A stretch of 56,259 nucleotides of DNA, taken from NCBI GenBank assembly GCA_041650295.1, contig JBAZLM010000007.1, positions 1-56,259 on the forward strand, read 5' to 3'. Positions within the stretch are counted from its first letter, which is position 1. Each line of letters starts with the position of its first letter. A program made the position numbers and the translations under genes. This document shows, piece after piece, positions 45,599 to 56,102 of this stretch. Source of the stretch: Candidatus Omnitrophota bacterium (GTDB taxonomy: Bacteria; Omnitrophota; Gorgyraeia; Gygaellales; Profunditerraquicolaceae). A model generated the notes under the pieces. That model made no database searches and was not told the origin of the DNA. It saw only the letters and a program-made list of their open reading frames with translations.

Positions 45599-46405
45599 TT
45601 ATACCGCCACAATCGCAATTCCCTTTTTATCCGCTAATTTAATACTTTCTGCTTGATCAATAAATAAAGTTTTGCCAGCTTCAAAGGCCAAACCTTTAGC
45701 TTTAGCCTTTATCAAATTCTTAATTGTATTCAATCCGATTACTGGAATATCAAAACGCATATCTTGATTGGGCTTACTCACCTTAACAATCACAATTTTG
45801 CCACGCCCAATTCTACCGGCACGGCGAATTAATTTATCAGTACCCTCAAAAGCTTCAACCGCAACAATAGCTTTCTCTTTTACCGCTACTGTTTGGCCAA
45901 TATCAAGACTCGCCACCGCTTTAGCTAAAGTTAAACCAAAATAAATATCTTCCCAAGTATCAAAATCGGGTTCTTTTTTAGTTAGCGTGCCTTTTTTAGG
46001 CAAGTACTCTTCTACAAAAAGGGTGGAATCTAAAAGCGTAAGGCCAGCGGCTTCTAATTTTTTAGCTACTGCCCCAAACAAAGTATCGGTTTTTTTATCT
46101 TTTAAACTTTGTAAAATTTCTTTTAATTCCTGACTTTTATGAATCTCTTTACTAAATAAACGATGTGGACTAACTTGGCCGGCCATAATTACGCCGTCCA
46201 CATTTTCAGCTTTTAATAAATCAAACATCTTAGAGAATTCCGCAAGCCCTAGCCAATGTATTTTATCGACGAGTTTTTTTAATTTGGGGGAGGTGTCGCC
46301 TTTGATGGCAATGGCCACAATCTGGCAACCTTTTTTGCGAGCGCTAGCTGCAAAAAGTAGGGGAAATTTTCTGTTTCCGGCAATTAGACCAATCTTTTTC
46401 ATCAA
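45599..46405 (-). CDS. lpxI: UDP-2,3-diacylglucosamine pyrophosphatase LpxI
   Basis: 268 aa. IGLIAGNRKFP N-terminus, DIGQTVAV, EAFEGTD, DMRFDIPVIG. Confidence 0.85.
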   Translation of the reverse strand: MMKKIGLIAGNRKFPLLFAASARKKGCQIVAIAIKGDTSPKLKKLVDKIHWLGLAEFSKMFDLLKAENVDGVIMAGQVSPHRLFSKEIHKSQELKEILQSLKDKKTDTLFGAVAKKLEAAGLTLLDSTLFVEEYLPKKGTLTKKEPDFDTWEDIYFGLTLAKAVASLDIGQTVAVKEKAIVAVEAFEGTDKLIRRAGRIGRGKIVIVKVSKPNQDMRFDIPVIGLNTIKNLIKAKAKGLAFEAGKTLFIDQAESIKLADKKGIAIVAV

Positions 46406-46406
46406 T

Positions 46407-47186
46407 TTAGCGACAAGAGCGGGCTAACCCACGCTCAGAGCTCTTAGCAAAATTAACTAAATAATTTATCTCTTCGCTTTTTTCTAACTCTTGCTCTACC
46501 TTTTCTAACGCATGCTTAATTAATAATCCAGAGTTAAAAATTATCTTATATGCCTGATCCAATTGCTTAATTGAGGCATTGGAAATTCCTTTACGTCTTA
46601 ACCCAATTAAATTTAATCCATAAACTCGCGCTGGATGTCCGTCGCAAGTAGAGAATGGAGGAATATCTTGTACAACTTTAGAGCATCCGCCAATAATCGA
46701 AAGCATTCCGATGCGCACAAATTGATGAATCGCCACAATGCCACCGATCACCGCTTTATCTTCAATCGTCACATGGCCAGCTAAAGTGCTATTATTAGCT
46801 AAAACACAACCGTTACCCACTTGACAATCATGAGCCACATGTGAATAGGCCATCAATAAATTATTACTACCGACTACGGTCTTAGCCCCTTCTTTGGTCC
46901 CCGGATTAAGCGTACAATATTCACGAATAATATTATGATCACCGATTTCTAGAAATACTTTTTCATCTTTAAACTTAAGATCCTGTGGCCTGCTACCCAC
47001 CACCGCTCCAGTAAATATTTCACAGGCTTTGCCAATAGTCGTATTTCCTTCAATTACGCAGTGTGCTCCAATTTTAGTATCAGCGCCAATCACAACATGA
47101 TCACCAATACAACTAAATGGACCAACCGTAACAGTTGAATCTAATTTAGCTTTTGCAGAAATAATAGCTGTAGGATGAATATTCAT
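46407..47186 (-). CDS. lpxA: Acyl-ACP--UDP-GlcNAc O-acyltransferase
   Basis: 259 aa. Hexapeptide repeats plus an LpxA C-terminal helical domain. Confidence 0.95.
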   Translation of the reverse strand: MNIHPTAIISAKAKLDSTVTVGPFSCIGDHVVIGADTKIGAHCVIEGNTTIGKACEIFTGAVVGSRPQDLKFKDEKVFLEIGDHNIIREYCTLNPGTKEGAKTVVGSNNLLMAYSHVAHDCQVGNGCVLANNSTLAGHVTIEDKAVIGGIVAIHQFVRIGMLSIIGGCSKVVQDIPPFSTCDGHPARVYGLNLIGLRRKGISNASIKQLDQAYKIIFNSGLLIKHALEKVEQELEKSEEINYLVNFAKSSERGLARSCR

Positions 47187-47188
47187 AA

Positions 47189-48481
47189 TTAATTACCCAC
47201 TAAGGCAAACATTAAATCTGCTTCAGCAACCACTTTACCGTCGACAGAAGCCTTACCATGTACTGTGCCGATCTTAGAACGCATCTTTCCGGCTTCAACC
47301 TCAAAAACTAATTGGTCACCCGGAACGACCACTTTTCTAAATTTAGCATTATCAATAGCCATAAAAAAAGCTAATTTGCCTTTATTTTCTTCATTAGCCA
47401 ACATCATTACTCCGCCCACTTGGGCCATCGCTTCAATAATAATTACCCCTGGCATTACCGGACGCCCTGGAAAATGACCTTGGAAAAAATATTCATTCAT
47501 GCTGACATTTTTTATGCCTACCGCACGCTTACCTTTTTCTAAATGTGTAATTCGATCCACAAATAAGAATGGCTGTCGATGTGGCAAAATTTTCATAATC
47601 TCATTAACATCTAAAACGGTTTCCATATTAGCGGCTCCTTGTGAAGTTATTCTCTGTTGATGAATTAATTGTGCAATCTTCAAATTTAAAGAATGCCCAC
47701 TTCTTAAAGCAATAACATGCCCGCAAATCGCACAACCCGATAAATAAAGATCCCCAATCAAATCTAAAATCTTATGCCTAACAAACTCATCGTTAAATCT
47801 AAGTTTATTCTTTATTACTCCTTCTTTACCTACCACTAAAGTATTCTCATAATTGGCACCTTGGCCTAAACCCTGATTTTGCAATTGTACTGCTTCGCTC
47901 TCTAAACAAAAAGTACGCGCCGGAGCAATCTGACTTTTAAAAGATTGTGCATTAATCACTAGCTCCAAAAACTGCGAAGATAATATCGGATGATCATAAT
48001 TTAAAGTATAGGAAATTTTAAATTCCTTAGCCGGAACAATCGTAATCGAGCTTGTCCCGTCTTGAATAGTTATCGGCTCCTTAACTACATAAACATTCTT
48101 TTGTTTGGATTGCGCAAAAATACCTGCTTTTTCTAAAGCTTCTACAAAATTAAGCGCACTACCGTCTAATCCCGGAAGCTCGTTGCTGTCTAGCTGCACA
48201 TCAATATTATCTATACCCAAACTAGATAATGCTGCCATCAGATGCTCGATCGTCTGTACTTCAGCCTGATCATTACCAATCGAAGAACGACGATTTAATT
48301 TCTGCGCTAAAAAAGATTCTACGTGCGCTTTTATTCTAGGAAAACCAGCAAGATCAGTACGAATAAAGGTGACTCCACTATCCACGGCTGCCGGTTTAAG
48401 CGTAACATTCACCGGATTTCCGGTATGGATACCGATCCCTTTTAAATTAACTTCTTTAGAAATTGTTTTTTGATTTTCCAT
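47189..48481 (-). CDS. lpxC/fabZ: Bifunctional UDP-3-O-acyl-GlcNAc deacetylase / 3-hydroxyacyl-ACP dehydratase
   Basis: 430 aa. LpxC N-terminal half (KGIGIHTG) fused to FabZ ([25 protein letters not shown]). Confidence 0.95.
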   Translation of the reverse strand: MENQKTISKEVNLKGIGIHTGNPVNVTLKPAAVDSGVTFIRTDLAGFPRIKAHVESFLAQKLNRRSSIGNDQAEVQTIEHLMAALSSLGIDNIDVQLDSNELPGLDGSALNFVEALEKAGIFAQSKQKNVYVVKEPITIQDGTSSITIVPAKEFKISYTLNYDHPILSSQFLELVINAQSFKSQIAPARTFCLESEAVQLQNQGLGQGANYENTLVVGKEGVIKNKLRFNDEFVRHKILDLIGDLYLSGCAICGHVIALRSGHSLNLKIAQLIHQQRITSQGAANMETVLDVNEIMKILPHRQPFLFVDRITHLEKGKRAVGIKNVSMNEYFFQGHFPGRPVMPGVIIIEAMAQVGGVMMLANEENKGKLAFFMAIDNAKFRKVVVPGDQLVFEVEAGKMRSKIGTVHGKASVDGKVVAEADLMFALVGN

Positions 48482-49516
48482 TTATCTATTTAACTTGGCC
48501 TCAAGCTCTTCAATCTTTTTCTTTAATTCTTTAATTTGATCAAATAGCTTGGGTAAGTTCTGAAGGCTAGCATTGGCTCTTTGTGTCGTCATAAAAGGAC
48601 GCGCCGGATATCCTGAAACCATCGTATCCGCCGGTACAGATTTTGCCACTCCAGACTGTGCAGTAACAATGGCATTATCACCAATATTTAAATGGCCAGC
48701 GATACCAACTTGACCACCTAAAATTACATTCTTTCCCACCATTGTACTACCGGCTACCCCGGCTTGAGCAACAATCAAAGTATTTTCACCAATCACTACA
48801 TTATGACCAATTTGCACCAGATTATCAATTTTAGTACCTGAGCCAATCACTGTCTTATCAAAACGCGCTCGATCAATCGTAACATTGGCGCCGATCTCTA
48901 CATCATCGCCAATTTCAACTGTTCCCACCTGCGGAATCTTATGATGTATATTTTTAATCGTGGCAAATCCAAAACCATCCGAACCAATCACCACACCCGA
49001 ATGAATAATCACACGATTGCCAATACTTACTCTTTCGCGAATAGAAACATGCGGATAAATTAAAGCTTGTGCGCCAATCTTGGTATGATTACCAATATAA
49101 CAGCCCGCATAAATTATTGTCTGATCACCAATAACCGCGTTATCCGCCACTACGGTATAAGGACCGATGGCAACGTCTTTGCCTAAAACGACATTCTTAC
49201 CTAACACAACCGTTTGGTCAATGCCTTTTGGATGCCCAACTTCATCAGGCATGAACATCGTAATAATTTTAGCGAAAGCTAACGAAGGATTTTCAGTTAA
49301 TATGATTGGTTTGGTTGTTTGCTGTGCTTCGACAGAGGTAACAACAGCTGAGGCCCGAGTTTTATCTAAAAGCGGGCTATATTTAGGATTGGCTAAAAAA
49401 GTAATCTCACCTTCAACTGCCTCTTTAATTCCTGAGACACCTGTAATTAAAGTATCGCCATTGCCAACTACTTGTCCTGCGACAAGCTTAGCTATTTCCT
49501 TTAAAGTTTTTTGCAT
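48482..49516 (-). CDS. lpxD: UDP-3-O-acylglucosamine N-acyltransferase
   Basis: 344 aa. LpxD N-domain plus a left-handed beta-helix of hexapeptide repeats. Confidence 0.95.
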   Translation of the reverse strand: MQKTLKEIAKLVAGQVVGNGDTLITGVSGIKEAVEGEITFLANPKYSPLLDKTRASAVVTSVEAQQTTKPIILTENPSLAFAKIITMFMPDEVGHPKGIDQTVVLGKNVVLGKDVAIGPYTVVADNAVIGDQTIIYAGCYIGNHTKIGAQALIYPHVSIRERVSIGNRVIIHSGVVIGSDGFGFATIKNIHHKIPQVGTVEIGDDVEIGANVTIDRARFDKTVIGSGTKIDNLVQIGHNVVIGENTLIVAQAGVAGSTMVGKNVILGGQVGIAGHLNIGDNAIVTAQSGVAKSVPADTMVSGYPARPFMTTQRANASLQNLPKLFDQIKELKKKIEELEAKLNR

Positions 49517-49534
49517 AACTAAATAAATATTGGC

Positions 49535-50035
49535 TTATTTGCCTTTATTCAAAATCTCGATAACTTTATTAGTAATGTCAAAAGCCTTGCTTTGATAGAC
49601 TAAAACGCGATCATTGAAAACAAAGGTTAATCCTTCTTTTTCAGAATATTTTTTCACTGCTTCTTCAATATCTTTTAAGATCTCTTTCATTTTTTCTTCT
49701 TGTTCTTTTTTCAGATCAGTTTGCTTAGTACGATCATAATCCTGAAAATTTTTAATTTTTGTCTGCAATTCATTTTTTTTGGCTTCTCTTTCTTTGTCAT
49801 TAAGCAAATTTATTTTATCTTGAAAAGCTTTTAACTCTGCAACTTTTTTATCACGTTCATCAGTATATGCCTTTTCTTTATCACTTAAGGTTTTATCAAA
49901 TCCCTTGGTTTTAGTATACTCACTAAATGTACGGCTTAAATCAATATAGGCAAATTTATCGGCAGCCGCGGCTATCCCTGTAGTTAAAAATAACCCTAGA
50001 ATTGCACCCACTAAAACGATTGCTGACTTTCTCAT
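49535..50035 (-). CDS. skp: OmpH/Skp periplasmic chaperone
   Basis: Trimmed to ATG 50035 (GGAGGG RBS). Signal peptide and a Lys/Glu-rich coiled coil. Confidence 0.85.
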   Translation of the reverse strand: MRKSAIVLVGAILGLFLTTGIAAAADKFAYIDLSRTFSEYTKTKGFDKTLSDKEKAYTDERDKKVAELKAFQDKINLLNDKEREAKKNELQTKIKNFQDYDRTKQTDLKKEQEEKMKEILKDIEEAVKKYSEKEGLTFVFNDRVLVYQSKAFDITNKVIEILNKGK

Positions 50036-50071
50036 CTCTGTTCCCTCCATTAGTTAATAATTATTTATCGA

Positions 50072-52468
50072 CTAAAAACTATTGCTGGCACTAAAATGGA
50101 ATCGTCCGGCTTTCTTTCGGCTAGACTGTCCGGATTCTGGATCCATCGGAATACCGTAATCTAACATAATCGGACCAATCGGGGTTTTAATTCTTAAGCC
50201 CAGACCTAGACCAGATTTAAACCCTCCAGAATTTTGTATACCTCCCGCATTAGTGTTAGAAAATATATCCCCCATCTTTTCCCAAACGTTACCCACATCA
50301 TAGAATGCCGCTACCTTTAAAAAACTAAATAACGGATAAGTATATTCAATGTTGCCGACTACCATGGACGCACCACCCAAAGGATCTCCGTTAGAATCAA
50401 TCGGACCGACTTTTCTTTCTTCATAACCTCTAATCGTATAAGCGCCACCGGCAAAGAATCTTTCCGAGATCGGTACTTTATCCGTATCACCAAAAGGCTG
50501 AGCGACACCTAATCTACCCCTAACTTCTAAAACTGATTGATGGGGCATAGGAAAATAATGCGAAGCTCTGACAAAAAACTTGGTAAAGTTTTGATCTCCA
50601 CCTAAAAAACCACCGGCAAAATCCAGAGAACCAGATATCAGGTCACCTTTTCTAGTCTCAAAAACATTGTCTCTAGAGTCATAGGTCAAGCTCGGCGTCA
50701 ACACGCTAACTAAATAAGGACTCATCGCTGCTTCATCTACCAAATCTTGAGAAGAACTATCCGCGATGTTACTAATGTCAACTTGATCTAAACGATAAAC
50801 AAGATTTCCTTTAATATATTCTGACAATTCTTTACCTAAGCGCAGATCTCCTCCGGTGATTGTCTGATCATAACCGTATCCGGCGTTAGAGTCCTGATCT
50901 TGCGTACGTCGATACAAATCAAACCCAAAAGAAACCGGATAATCAAACATCCACGGCTCAGTAAAGCTTAACTCAAAACCATTACTAATATTACCAATAG
51001 AAGCACGCACTTTTAAATTTTGTCCGGCTCCCGTAAAATAAGGCCAATTTCGCCAATCAAAATTTTTCTGCTCAACCTCCACAAAACCGATAAACTGATC
51101 CACTGTACTATAACCGCCACCAAAACTAAATGCTCCGGTTTTAGTCTCTTTAACATCAACCATTAAATTCTTTTTATCCGGCTGATCCGTTTCTTCAGTA
51201 TCGTAACTTACTTCATCAAAAAATCCTAAATTCGTTAACCTTTCTTTACTACGTCTTAATTTCTCTCCGTCAAATTTATCTCCCGGATGAATACGCAGTT
51301 CACGACGGATAACTAAATCCTTAGTTTTAATATTTCCGCGAATTTTAATTTTATCAACGTAAACCACTTGATTCTCTGTAATCGCATAAGTTATATCTAC
51401 CCGTCCGGTGTCAGCATTAATTACGGTGGACTCCTGCACCTGCGCAGAGATATATCCGCGATCAAAATATAAACCCTGAATACCGGTAATATCAGCCTTC
51501 ATCGTCTCCTGGCTAAAAACCTTACCCGGAATACAATAAGTTAATTTACTTAAGATTTCTTTTTCAGCAATTTCTTTATTACCCTTAATAAAAACTGACC
51601 CAACTAAATATTTCTTTCCCTCTACAATCTTAATATTAATGTAGAGCATGTACGTTTTTTTAGCATCGGGCTGAATCTGATAATCTACCGCTACATCGGT
51701 ATAACCTTCACGCTGATAAAATGATTTAATACGCGCAATATCTTCAGTCATTACATCATCTTTTAAAACACCGGCATTAAAAAACCAAGCGCGTTTAGTT
51801 TTAAGTAATTTTAAAATTCTACCGGTAGGAAAAGCTTTGTTTCCTGAGATAATAATATCTTTAATCCGTACTTTTCTACCCTCTATTGCATTGAATGCAA
51901 TCTTTGCCTTATTCGCTTTTTCATCTAAATCAACCTTATAAGTAATATCGGCTTGACTATAACCTAATTTTTCATACATCTTCTTTAAAGTACGCACATC
52001 TTCAGTCAAAGAAGGATAATCTAAATATTGGGTTTCCTTACTCTTTAACTGTTGTTTTAATTTATCATCCTTCATCGTAATTAAAGTCATACCAGAAAAA
52101 GAAATCTTATCAATGATCGGGCGCTCCACCACATTAATAATAACTTTTAAACCGTCTTTATAATCTTGAGTATCAATTTTAATATCGCTAAAAAATCCTA
52201 ACAGATAAAGCCTCTTTAAATCATCACTAACAATATTTTCTTGATAAGGACTGCCGATGCGCGTTTTCATTTTAGAGATAATTACATTAGTACTAATCGC
52301 TTTATTACCAACTACCTCTAAGGCGGTAACATTTTTAACTACAGCGACAGCAGAAGAACCGGTTGTATTTTGTTCAATAGATTCTGTTCCGGAGTCTTTG
52401 GCAAAAGCTAGAAAGCTAGCGCCAAAGATAAAAGAAACTACTAGGAAGATTGAAGTTAATTTACGCAT
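50072..52468 (-). CDS. bamA: Outer membrane protein assembly factor BamA
   Basis: 798 aa. POTRA repeats plus an Omp85 barrel. Ends ...HFSASNSF. Confidence 0.95.
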   Translation of the reverse strand: MRKLTSIFLVVSFIFGASFLAFAKDSGTESIEQNTTGSSAVAVVKNVTALEVVGNKAISTNVIISKMKTRIGSPYQENIVSDDLKRLYLLGFFSDIKIDTQDYKDGLKVIINVVERPIIDKISFSGMTLITMKDDKLKQQLKSKETQYLDYPSLTEDVRTLKKMYEKLGYSQADITYKVDLDEKANKAKIAFNAIEGRKVRIKDIIISGNKAFPTGRILKLLKTKRAWFFNAGVLKDDVMTEDIARIKSFYQREGYTDVAVDYQIQPDAKKTYMLYINIKIVEGKKYLVGSVFIKGNKEIAEKEILSKLTYCIPGKVFSQETMKADITGIQGLYFDRGYISAQVQESTVINADTGRVDITYAITENQVVYVDKIKIRGNIKTKDLVIRRELRIHPGDKFDGEKLRRSKERLTNLGFFDEVSYDTEETDQPDKKNLMVDVKETKTGAFSFGGGYSTVDQFIGFVEVEQKNFDWRNWPYFTGAGQNLKVRASIGNISNGFELSFTEPWMFDYPVSFGFDLYRRTQDQDSNAGYGYDQTITGGDLRLGKELSEYIKGNLVYRLDQVDISNIADSSSQDLVDEAAMSPYLVSVLTPSLTYDSRDNVFETRKGDLISGSLDFAGGFLGGDQNFTKFFVRASHYFPMPHQSVLEVRGRLGVAQPFGDTDKVPISERFFAGGAYTIRGYEERKVGPIDSNGDPLGGASMVVGNIEYTYPLFSFLKVAAFYDVGNVWEKMGDIFSNTNAGGIQNSGGFKSGLGLGLRIKTPIGPIMLDYGIPMDPESGQSSRKKAGRFHFSASNSF

Positions 52469-52508
52469 TTTTATTATTATATAAGAGTAGACCTGCTAAA
52501 TCAAACAA

Positions 52509-53849
52509 TTATTCGGCCCTAGACAAATTATCAAATTTAGTAAATTCCTTGATAAAAGCTAGCTTTAAAGAACCTACTGGACCATTACGTTGCTTGGCGA
52601 TAATTGCCTCAGCAATACCTTGATTATCCGGAGTAGGAGTGTAATACTCCTCTCTTAAAATAAGCACGACCACGTCGGCGTCCTGTTCAATCGCACCCGA
52701 CTCCCTCAAGTCTGAAAGCTGTGGACGATGGTCAGTACGTGATTCAACCGCACGCGAAAGCTGACTAATGGCAATTACCGGAACATTTAACTCCCTGGCT
52801 AAAGCCTTTAATGAGCGAGAAATTTCAGAGATCTCTTGTTGTCTGCTCTCCATATTCATCGCCGATCCACGCATCAACTGCATATAGTCTAAAATAATTA
52901 ATTTTATATCATGATGGGATTTTAATCTTCTGGCGCGCGCACGTAACTCCATTACTGAAATTGCTGGAGTATCATCAATATAGATAGGTGCCTCGGAAAG
53001 TTTTCCTGCAGCCGCAGTCAAACGCGGCCAATCACTGGTGGCCAGATATCCGGTTCTCACTTTATGCGCATCCACCCGGGCATGCGAACAAAGCATTCTT
53101 TGCACTAGTTGCTCTTTAGACATCTCTAAACTAAAAATCGCAGTAGGTATTTTTTCAACCACACCAGCATACTCCGCAATTCCTAAAGCAAAAGCACTTT
53201 TTCCCATCGAAGGACGGCCGGCGATAATCACTAAATCTGAAGGCTGCAATCCGGCAGTCTTAATATCAAAATCTACATAACCAGTCGGTACACCAGTAAC
53301 GTGAGCTTTATTCTGATAAAGCCGGTCAATAGTTTCAATACTTTCTTTAATAATTTCTTTTAAATGTAAAACCGTACCTTGATTTTTTCGATCGCTAACT
53401 TCAAAGATAAGTTTTTCGGCAGTATCGACCACTTCGGCGATATTACCCTGGCTTTGATGACAAAGGGAAACAATTTTTGTCGAATTATTAATTAAAGTGC
53501 GCAAAATATATTTTTCACGCACGATACCAGCATAATGATTAATGTTGGCTGCCGTAGGAACGGCATTGGCTAGAGAAGTTAAATAACTAGCTCCTCCAAT
53601 TTCTTCCAAAGAGCCTTCTCTTTTTAAAACTTCCGTGAGTGTAATTAAATCTACTGCTTTATTAGCATTATAGAGATCAATTACGGCTTGAAAAATCTTG
53701 CGGTGAGTATCTTTATAAAAACAGCTGGCATCTAATTTTTCCGATGATGCAGAAACCGCCTCTTCATCTAAAAGCATCGAACCTAATACTGCCATCTCTG
53801 CTTCTAAATTTTGGGGAGGAAGCTTATCTAGGATTAATTCATTAGCCAT
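52509..53849 (-). CDS. dnaB: Replicative DNA helicase
   Basis: 446 aa. PPQNLEAE N-terminus and Walker A GRPSMGKSAF. Confidence 0.95.
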   Translation of the reverse strand: MANELILDKLPPQNLEAEMAVLGSMLLDEEAVSASSEKLDASCFYKDTHRKIFQAVIDLYNANKAVDLITLTEVLKREGSLEEIGGASYLTSLANAVPTAANINHYAGIVREKYILRTLINNSTKIVSLCHQSQGNIAEVVDTAEKLIFEVSDRKNQGTVLHLKEIIKESIETIDRLYQNKAHVTGVPTGYVDFDIKTAGLQPSDLVIIAGRPSMGKSAFALGIAEYAGVVEKIPTAIFSLEMSKEQLVQRMLCSHARVDAHKVRTGYLATSDWPRLTAAAGKLSEAPIYIDDTPAISVMELRARARRLKSHHDIKLIILDYMQLMRGSAMNMESRQQEISEISRSLKALARELNVPVIAISQLSRAVESRTDHRPQLSDLRESGAIEQDADVVVLILREEYYTPTPDNQGIAEAIIAKQRNGPVGSLKLAFIKEFTKFDNLSRAE

Positions 53850-53877
53850 ATCAATTTTCTCTTTTAAAAACTACAAG

Positions 53878-54321
53878 CTATTTACGAACCACCCACAGCT
53901 TAAATTTTGCAATCACTTCCGGATGCAACTTTACTTTAATCTCATAAATCCCTAAAGATTTTATTGACTCCGGTAAATCAATCGCATTCTTTTCTACAGC
54001 AAACCCTTCTTTCTTCAAAGCATCAGCGATATCTTGGGGATGAATACTACCGTACAACTTTTCTCCATCCTGAGCAAGTGCCGAAATATTCAAAGAAAGC
54101 CGGTCCAACTTATCTTTTAACACCAAAAAACCTTCTTTGGCTTTAGCTAATTGATCAGCCTGTACTTTTTTTTCTTCTTCTAATTTTTTAAGACTTGCTT
54201 GAGTAGCCGGTTTTGCTAAATTATGCGGGAAAAGAAAATTCCGGGCAAAGCCTTCTTTAACATTAACTACGCAGCCTGCCTTACCAATACTCTCTACGTC
54301 TTTATTTAAAATTACTTCCAC
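53878..54321 (-). CDS. rplI: 50S ribosomal protein L9
   Basis: 147 aa. MEVILNKDVESIGKAG...VKEGFARNFL. Confidence 0.95.
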   Translation of the reverse strand: MEVILNKDVESIGKAGCVVNVKEGFARNFLFPHNLAKPATQASLKKLEEEKKVQADQLAKAKEGFLVLKDKLDRLSLNISALAQDGEKLYGSIHPQDIADALKKEGFAVEKNAIDLPESIKSLGIYEIKVKLHPEVIAKFKLWVVRK

Positions 54322-54404
54322 CCCGCACCTTCTTTTTTATTCAATTTATAAAACCCCAAGACCTTAATAATCAAACGATTAGAAGGTGCTGGGTCCATTT
54401 TAAT

Positions 54405-54692
54405 TTAGCGAGTATAAGGAAGTAGCGATAAAAATCTGGCTTTATTAATTAATTCTCTAATTACACGTTGATGTCTGGCACAATTTCCAGAAAAACGGCT
54501 AGAATTAATTTTACCTTTTTCCGTAATAAAGACTTCCAACCTTTTAATATCCTTGTAATCAATGCTACCTAATTTATCCGCACAGAAACGGCAGAATCTT
54601 TTTCTGACCGGCCCCATCGCGTCTTTTTTCTTCTTCAACAATTTCTTTTTGTCTTTATCAAAACCACGTGTTTTAACCTTCATGAACTTCAT
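54405..54692 (-). CDS. rpsR: 30S ribosomal protein S18
   Basis: RKRFCRFC...IDYKD...RHQR...ARFLSLLPY core. The Lys-rich N-terminal extension may not be translated; an alternative ATG lies at 54617. Confidence 0.9.
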   Translation of the reverse strand: MKFMKVKTRGFDKDKKKLLKKKKDAMGPVRKRFCRFCADKLGSIDYKDIKRLEVFITEKGKINSSRFSGNCARHQRVIRELINKARFLSLLPYTR

Positions 54693-55128
54693 CCTCGCTT
54701 TCTGATAACCATGTTAATTCGCTTGTTGATCCATCGACTAATCCATCAGGGGCCGCTTGATGTGTCGGGCCAGCTTGTTCGCTAGTTCTAGCTTGCCCAG
54801 GAGCACCCATAAATTGTACTCGTTCTGCTCTCACTTCAATTACAGAGCGCTTAGCCCCGGTATTGTCTTCCCAGGTACGCGACTGTAATCTGCCTTCCAC
54901 AAAAAGACTACTACCTTTATGTAAATACTGATTGCAAGTCTCGGCTTGCTTGTTCCAAACTACCGCGGTAATAAAACAAACTTCTTCCTTTAGCTCCTGA
55001 TCTTTAGTGCGATATTTACGATTTATTGCCATGCGTAAATTAGCTACCGCCGTTCCTTGCGGAGTATAACGCAATTCCGGATCTTTAGTTAAATTACCCA
55101 TTAATAATACTTTATTATAACTAGCCAT
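54673..55128 (-). CDS. ssb: Single-stranded DNA-binding protein
   Basis: 151 aa. OB fold (NKVLLMGNLTKDPELRYTPQG). Acidic tail ends SEDEVHEG rather than the canonical D-D-I-P-F. Confidence 0.9.
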   Translation of the reverse strand: MASYNKVLLMGNLTKDPELRYTPQGTAVANLRMAINRKYRTKDQELKEEVCFITAVVWNKQAETCNQYLHKGSSLFVEGRLQSRTWEDNTGAKRSVIEVRAERVQFMGAPGQARTSEQAGPTHQAAPDGLVDGSTSELTWLSESEDEVHEG

Positions 55129-55151
55129 ATGAATACTCCTTGCCTAAAAGA

Positions 55152-55442
55152 TTAATCATCCATGCGAGTAAACATCACGCGCAAGATATTTTCATTAAGC
55201 TTATAAGTGTTACGCAACTCTTTAATTGCTGCTGCAGGAGCAGTAAATGCGACTAAATAATAAATTCCTTCCATAAATTTTTTAATCGGAAAATAAAATT
55301 TACGTCTCTCTGCCCAAACTCCAGAGCTAGTAATTGCGCCACCATTTTTAATTACTGCATCATCAATCTGCTTAAATAACGTTTTTTTATCGTCGTCAGA
55401 TAAGTCAGGTTTAACAATTGCCATTACTTCATACTTATTCAT
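55152..55442 (-). CDS. rpsF: 30S ribosomal protein S6
   Basis: 96 aa. MNKYEVMAIVKPDL... Confidence 0.95.
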   Translation of the reverse strand: MNKYEVMAIVKPDLSDDDKKTLFKQIDDAVIKNGGAITSSGVWAERRKFYFPIKKFMEGIYYLVAFTAPAAAIKELRNTYKLNENILRVMFTRMDD

Positions 55443-56037
55443 TTCTACTCCTTATGTTAAACGTGTTCATGGTTTCTGCTACGCCGTTTTGTGCCCAACT
55501 GATACAACAATTAACGGCATCTTCTTTTACAGTTTCTACAATTTTCTTTTGACTGCGTAAAAAACCTTTTAAAACATAATCAGCGGCATCAGCTGAATTT
55601 TTCGGTCGATCAATACCAATGCGCAAACGACTAAATTCATGAGTACCTAAAGATTCAATAATCGAAGCTAAGCCGCGTTGGCCGCCACTGGTTCCCGATG
55701 GACGAATCTTGATCCTGCCTAACTCTAAATCCAAATCATCGCAAACCACCAATAAATCTTGGGGTGATACTTTAAATTTCTTAAAACAAGCCTTAACTGC
55801 TTTACCGCTTAAATTCATATAAGTCTGCGGTAAAGCAAGTACAACTTCATGTTGATCAATTTTAGCTTTACTCACTAAAGCAAAAATCGAACTATCTCTT
55901 TTGAAAGAACTTTTTAAATTACGGGCTAATAACTTAACTACTGCAGCACCAACATTGTGTCGGGAACCGGCATAAAATAAACCAGGATTTCCCAGGCCCA
56001 CAATTAACTTCACCCCGCTATCCTTTCTTGTCAACAA
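55435..56037 (-). CDS. pth: Peptidyl-tRNA hydrolase
   Basis: LIVGLGNPG...SRHNVG motifs. The ORF-track start is TTG 56037. GTG 56013, with an AAAGGA RBS, is a plausible alternative. Confidence 0.95.
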   Translation of the reverse strand: MLTRKDSGVKLIVGLGNPGLFYAGSRHNVGAAVVKLLARNLKSSFKRDSSIFALVSKAKIDQHEVVLALPQTYMNLSGKAVKACFKKFKVSPQDLLVVCDDLDLELGRIKIRPSGTSGGQRGLASIIESLGTHEFSRLRIGIDRPKNSADAADYVLKGFLRSQKKIVETVKEDAVNCCISWAQNGVAETMNTFNIRSRNE

Positions 56038-56102
56038 TCAATAAAACCGAGCGGGGTCTAAACCAGCCCTGCTCTATCTTAAACCTGCAAAAATCAGCAG
56101 GG

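Noticed and set aside
610-54146. All plus-strand ORFs of 60-161 aa in the six-frame track (for example 610-828, 2492-2749, 3035-3397, 5488-5829, 25733-26125, 30307-30792, 31087-31470, 49167-49526).
   Set aside because: Each lies antisense inside a minus-strand gene that has clear family motifs. They have no RBS or recognisable motifs, and their composition is low-complexity and typical of shadow ORFs.
56038-56102. Alternative hairpins (AGCCCTGCT...AGCAGGGCT and CCTGC-TGATTTTT-GCAGG) between ctc and pth as a possible attenuator.
   Set aside because: The structures are short and lack a clear U-tract or a known leader motif. They are more likely a weak intergenic stem with no demonstrable role.
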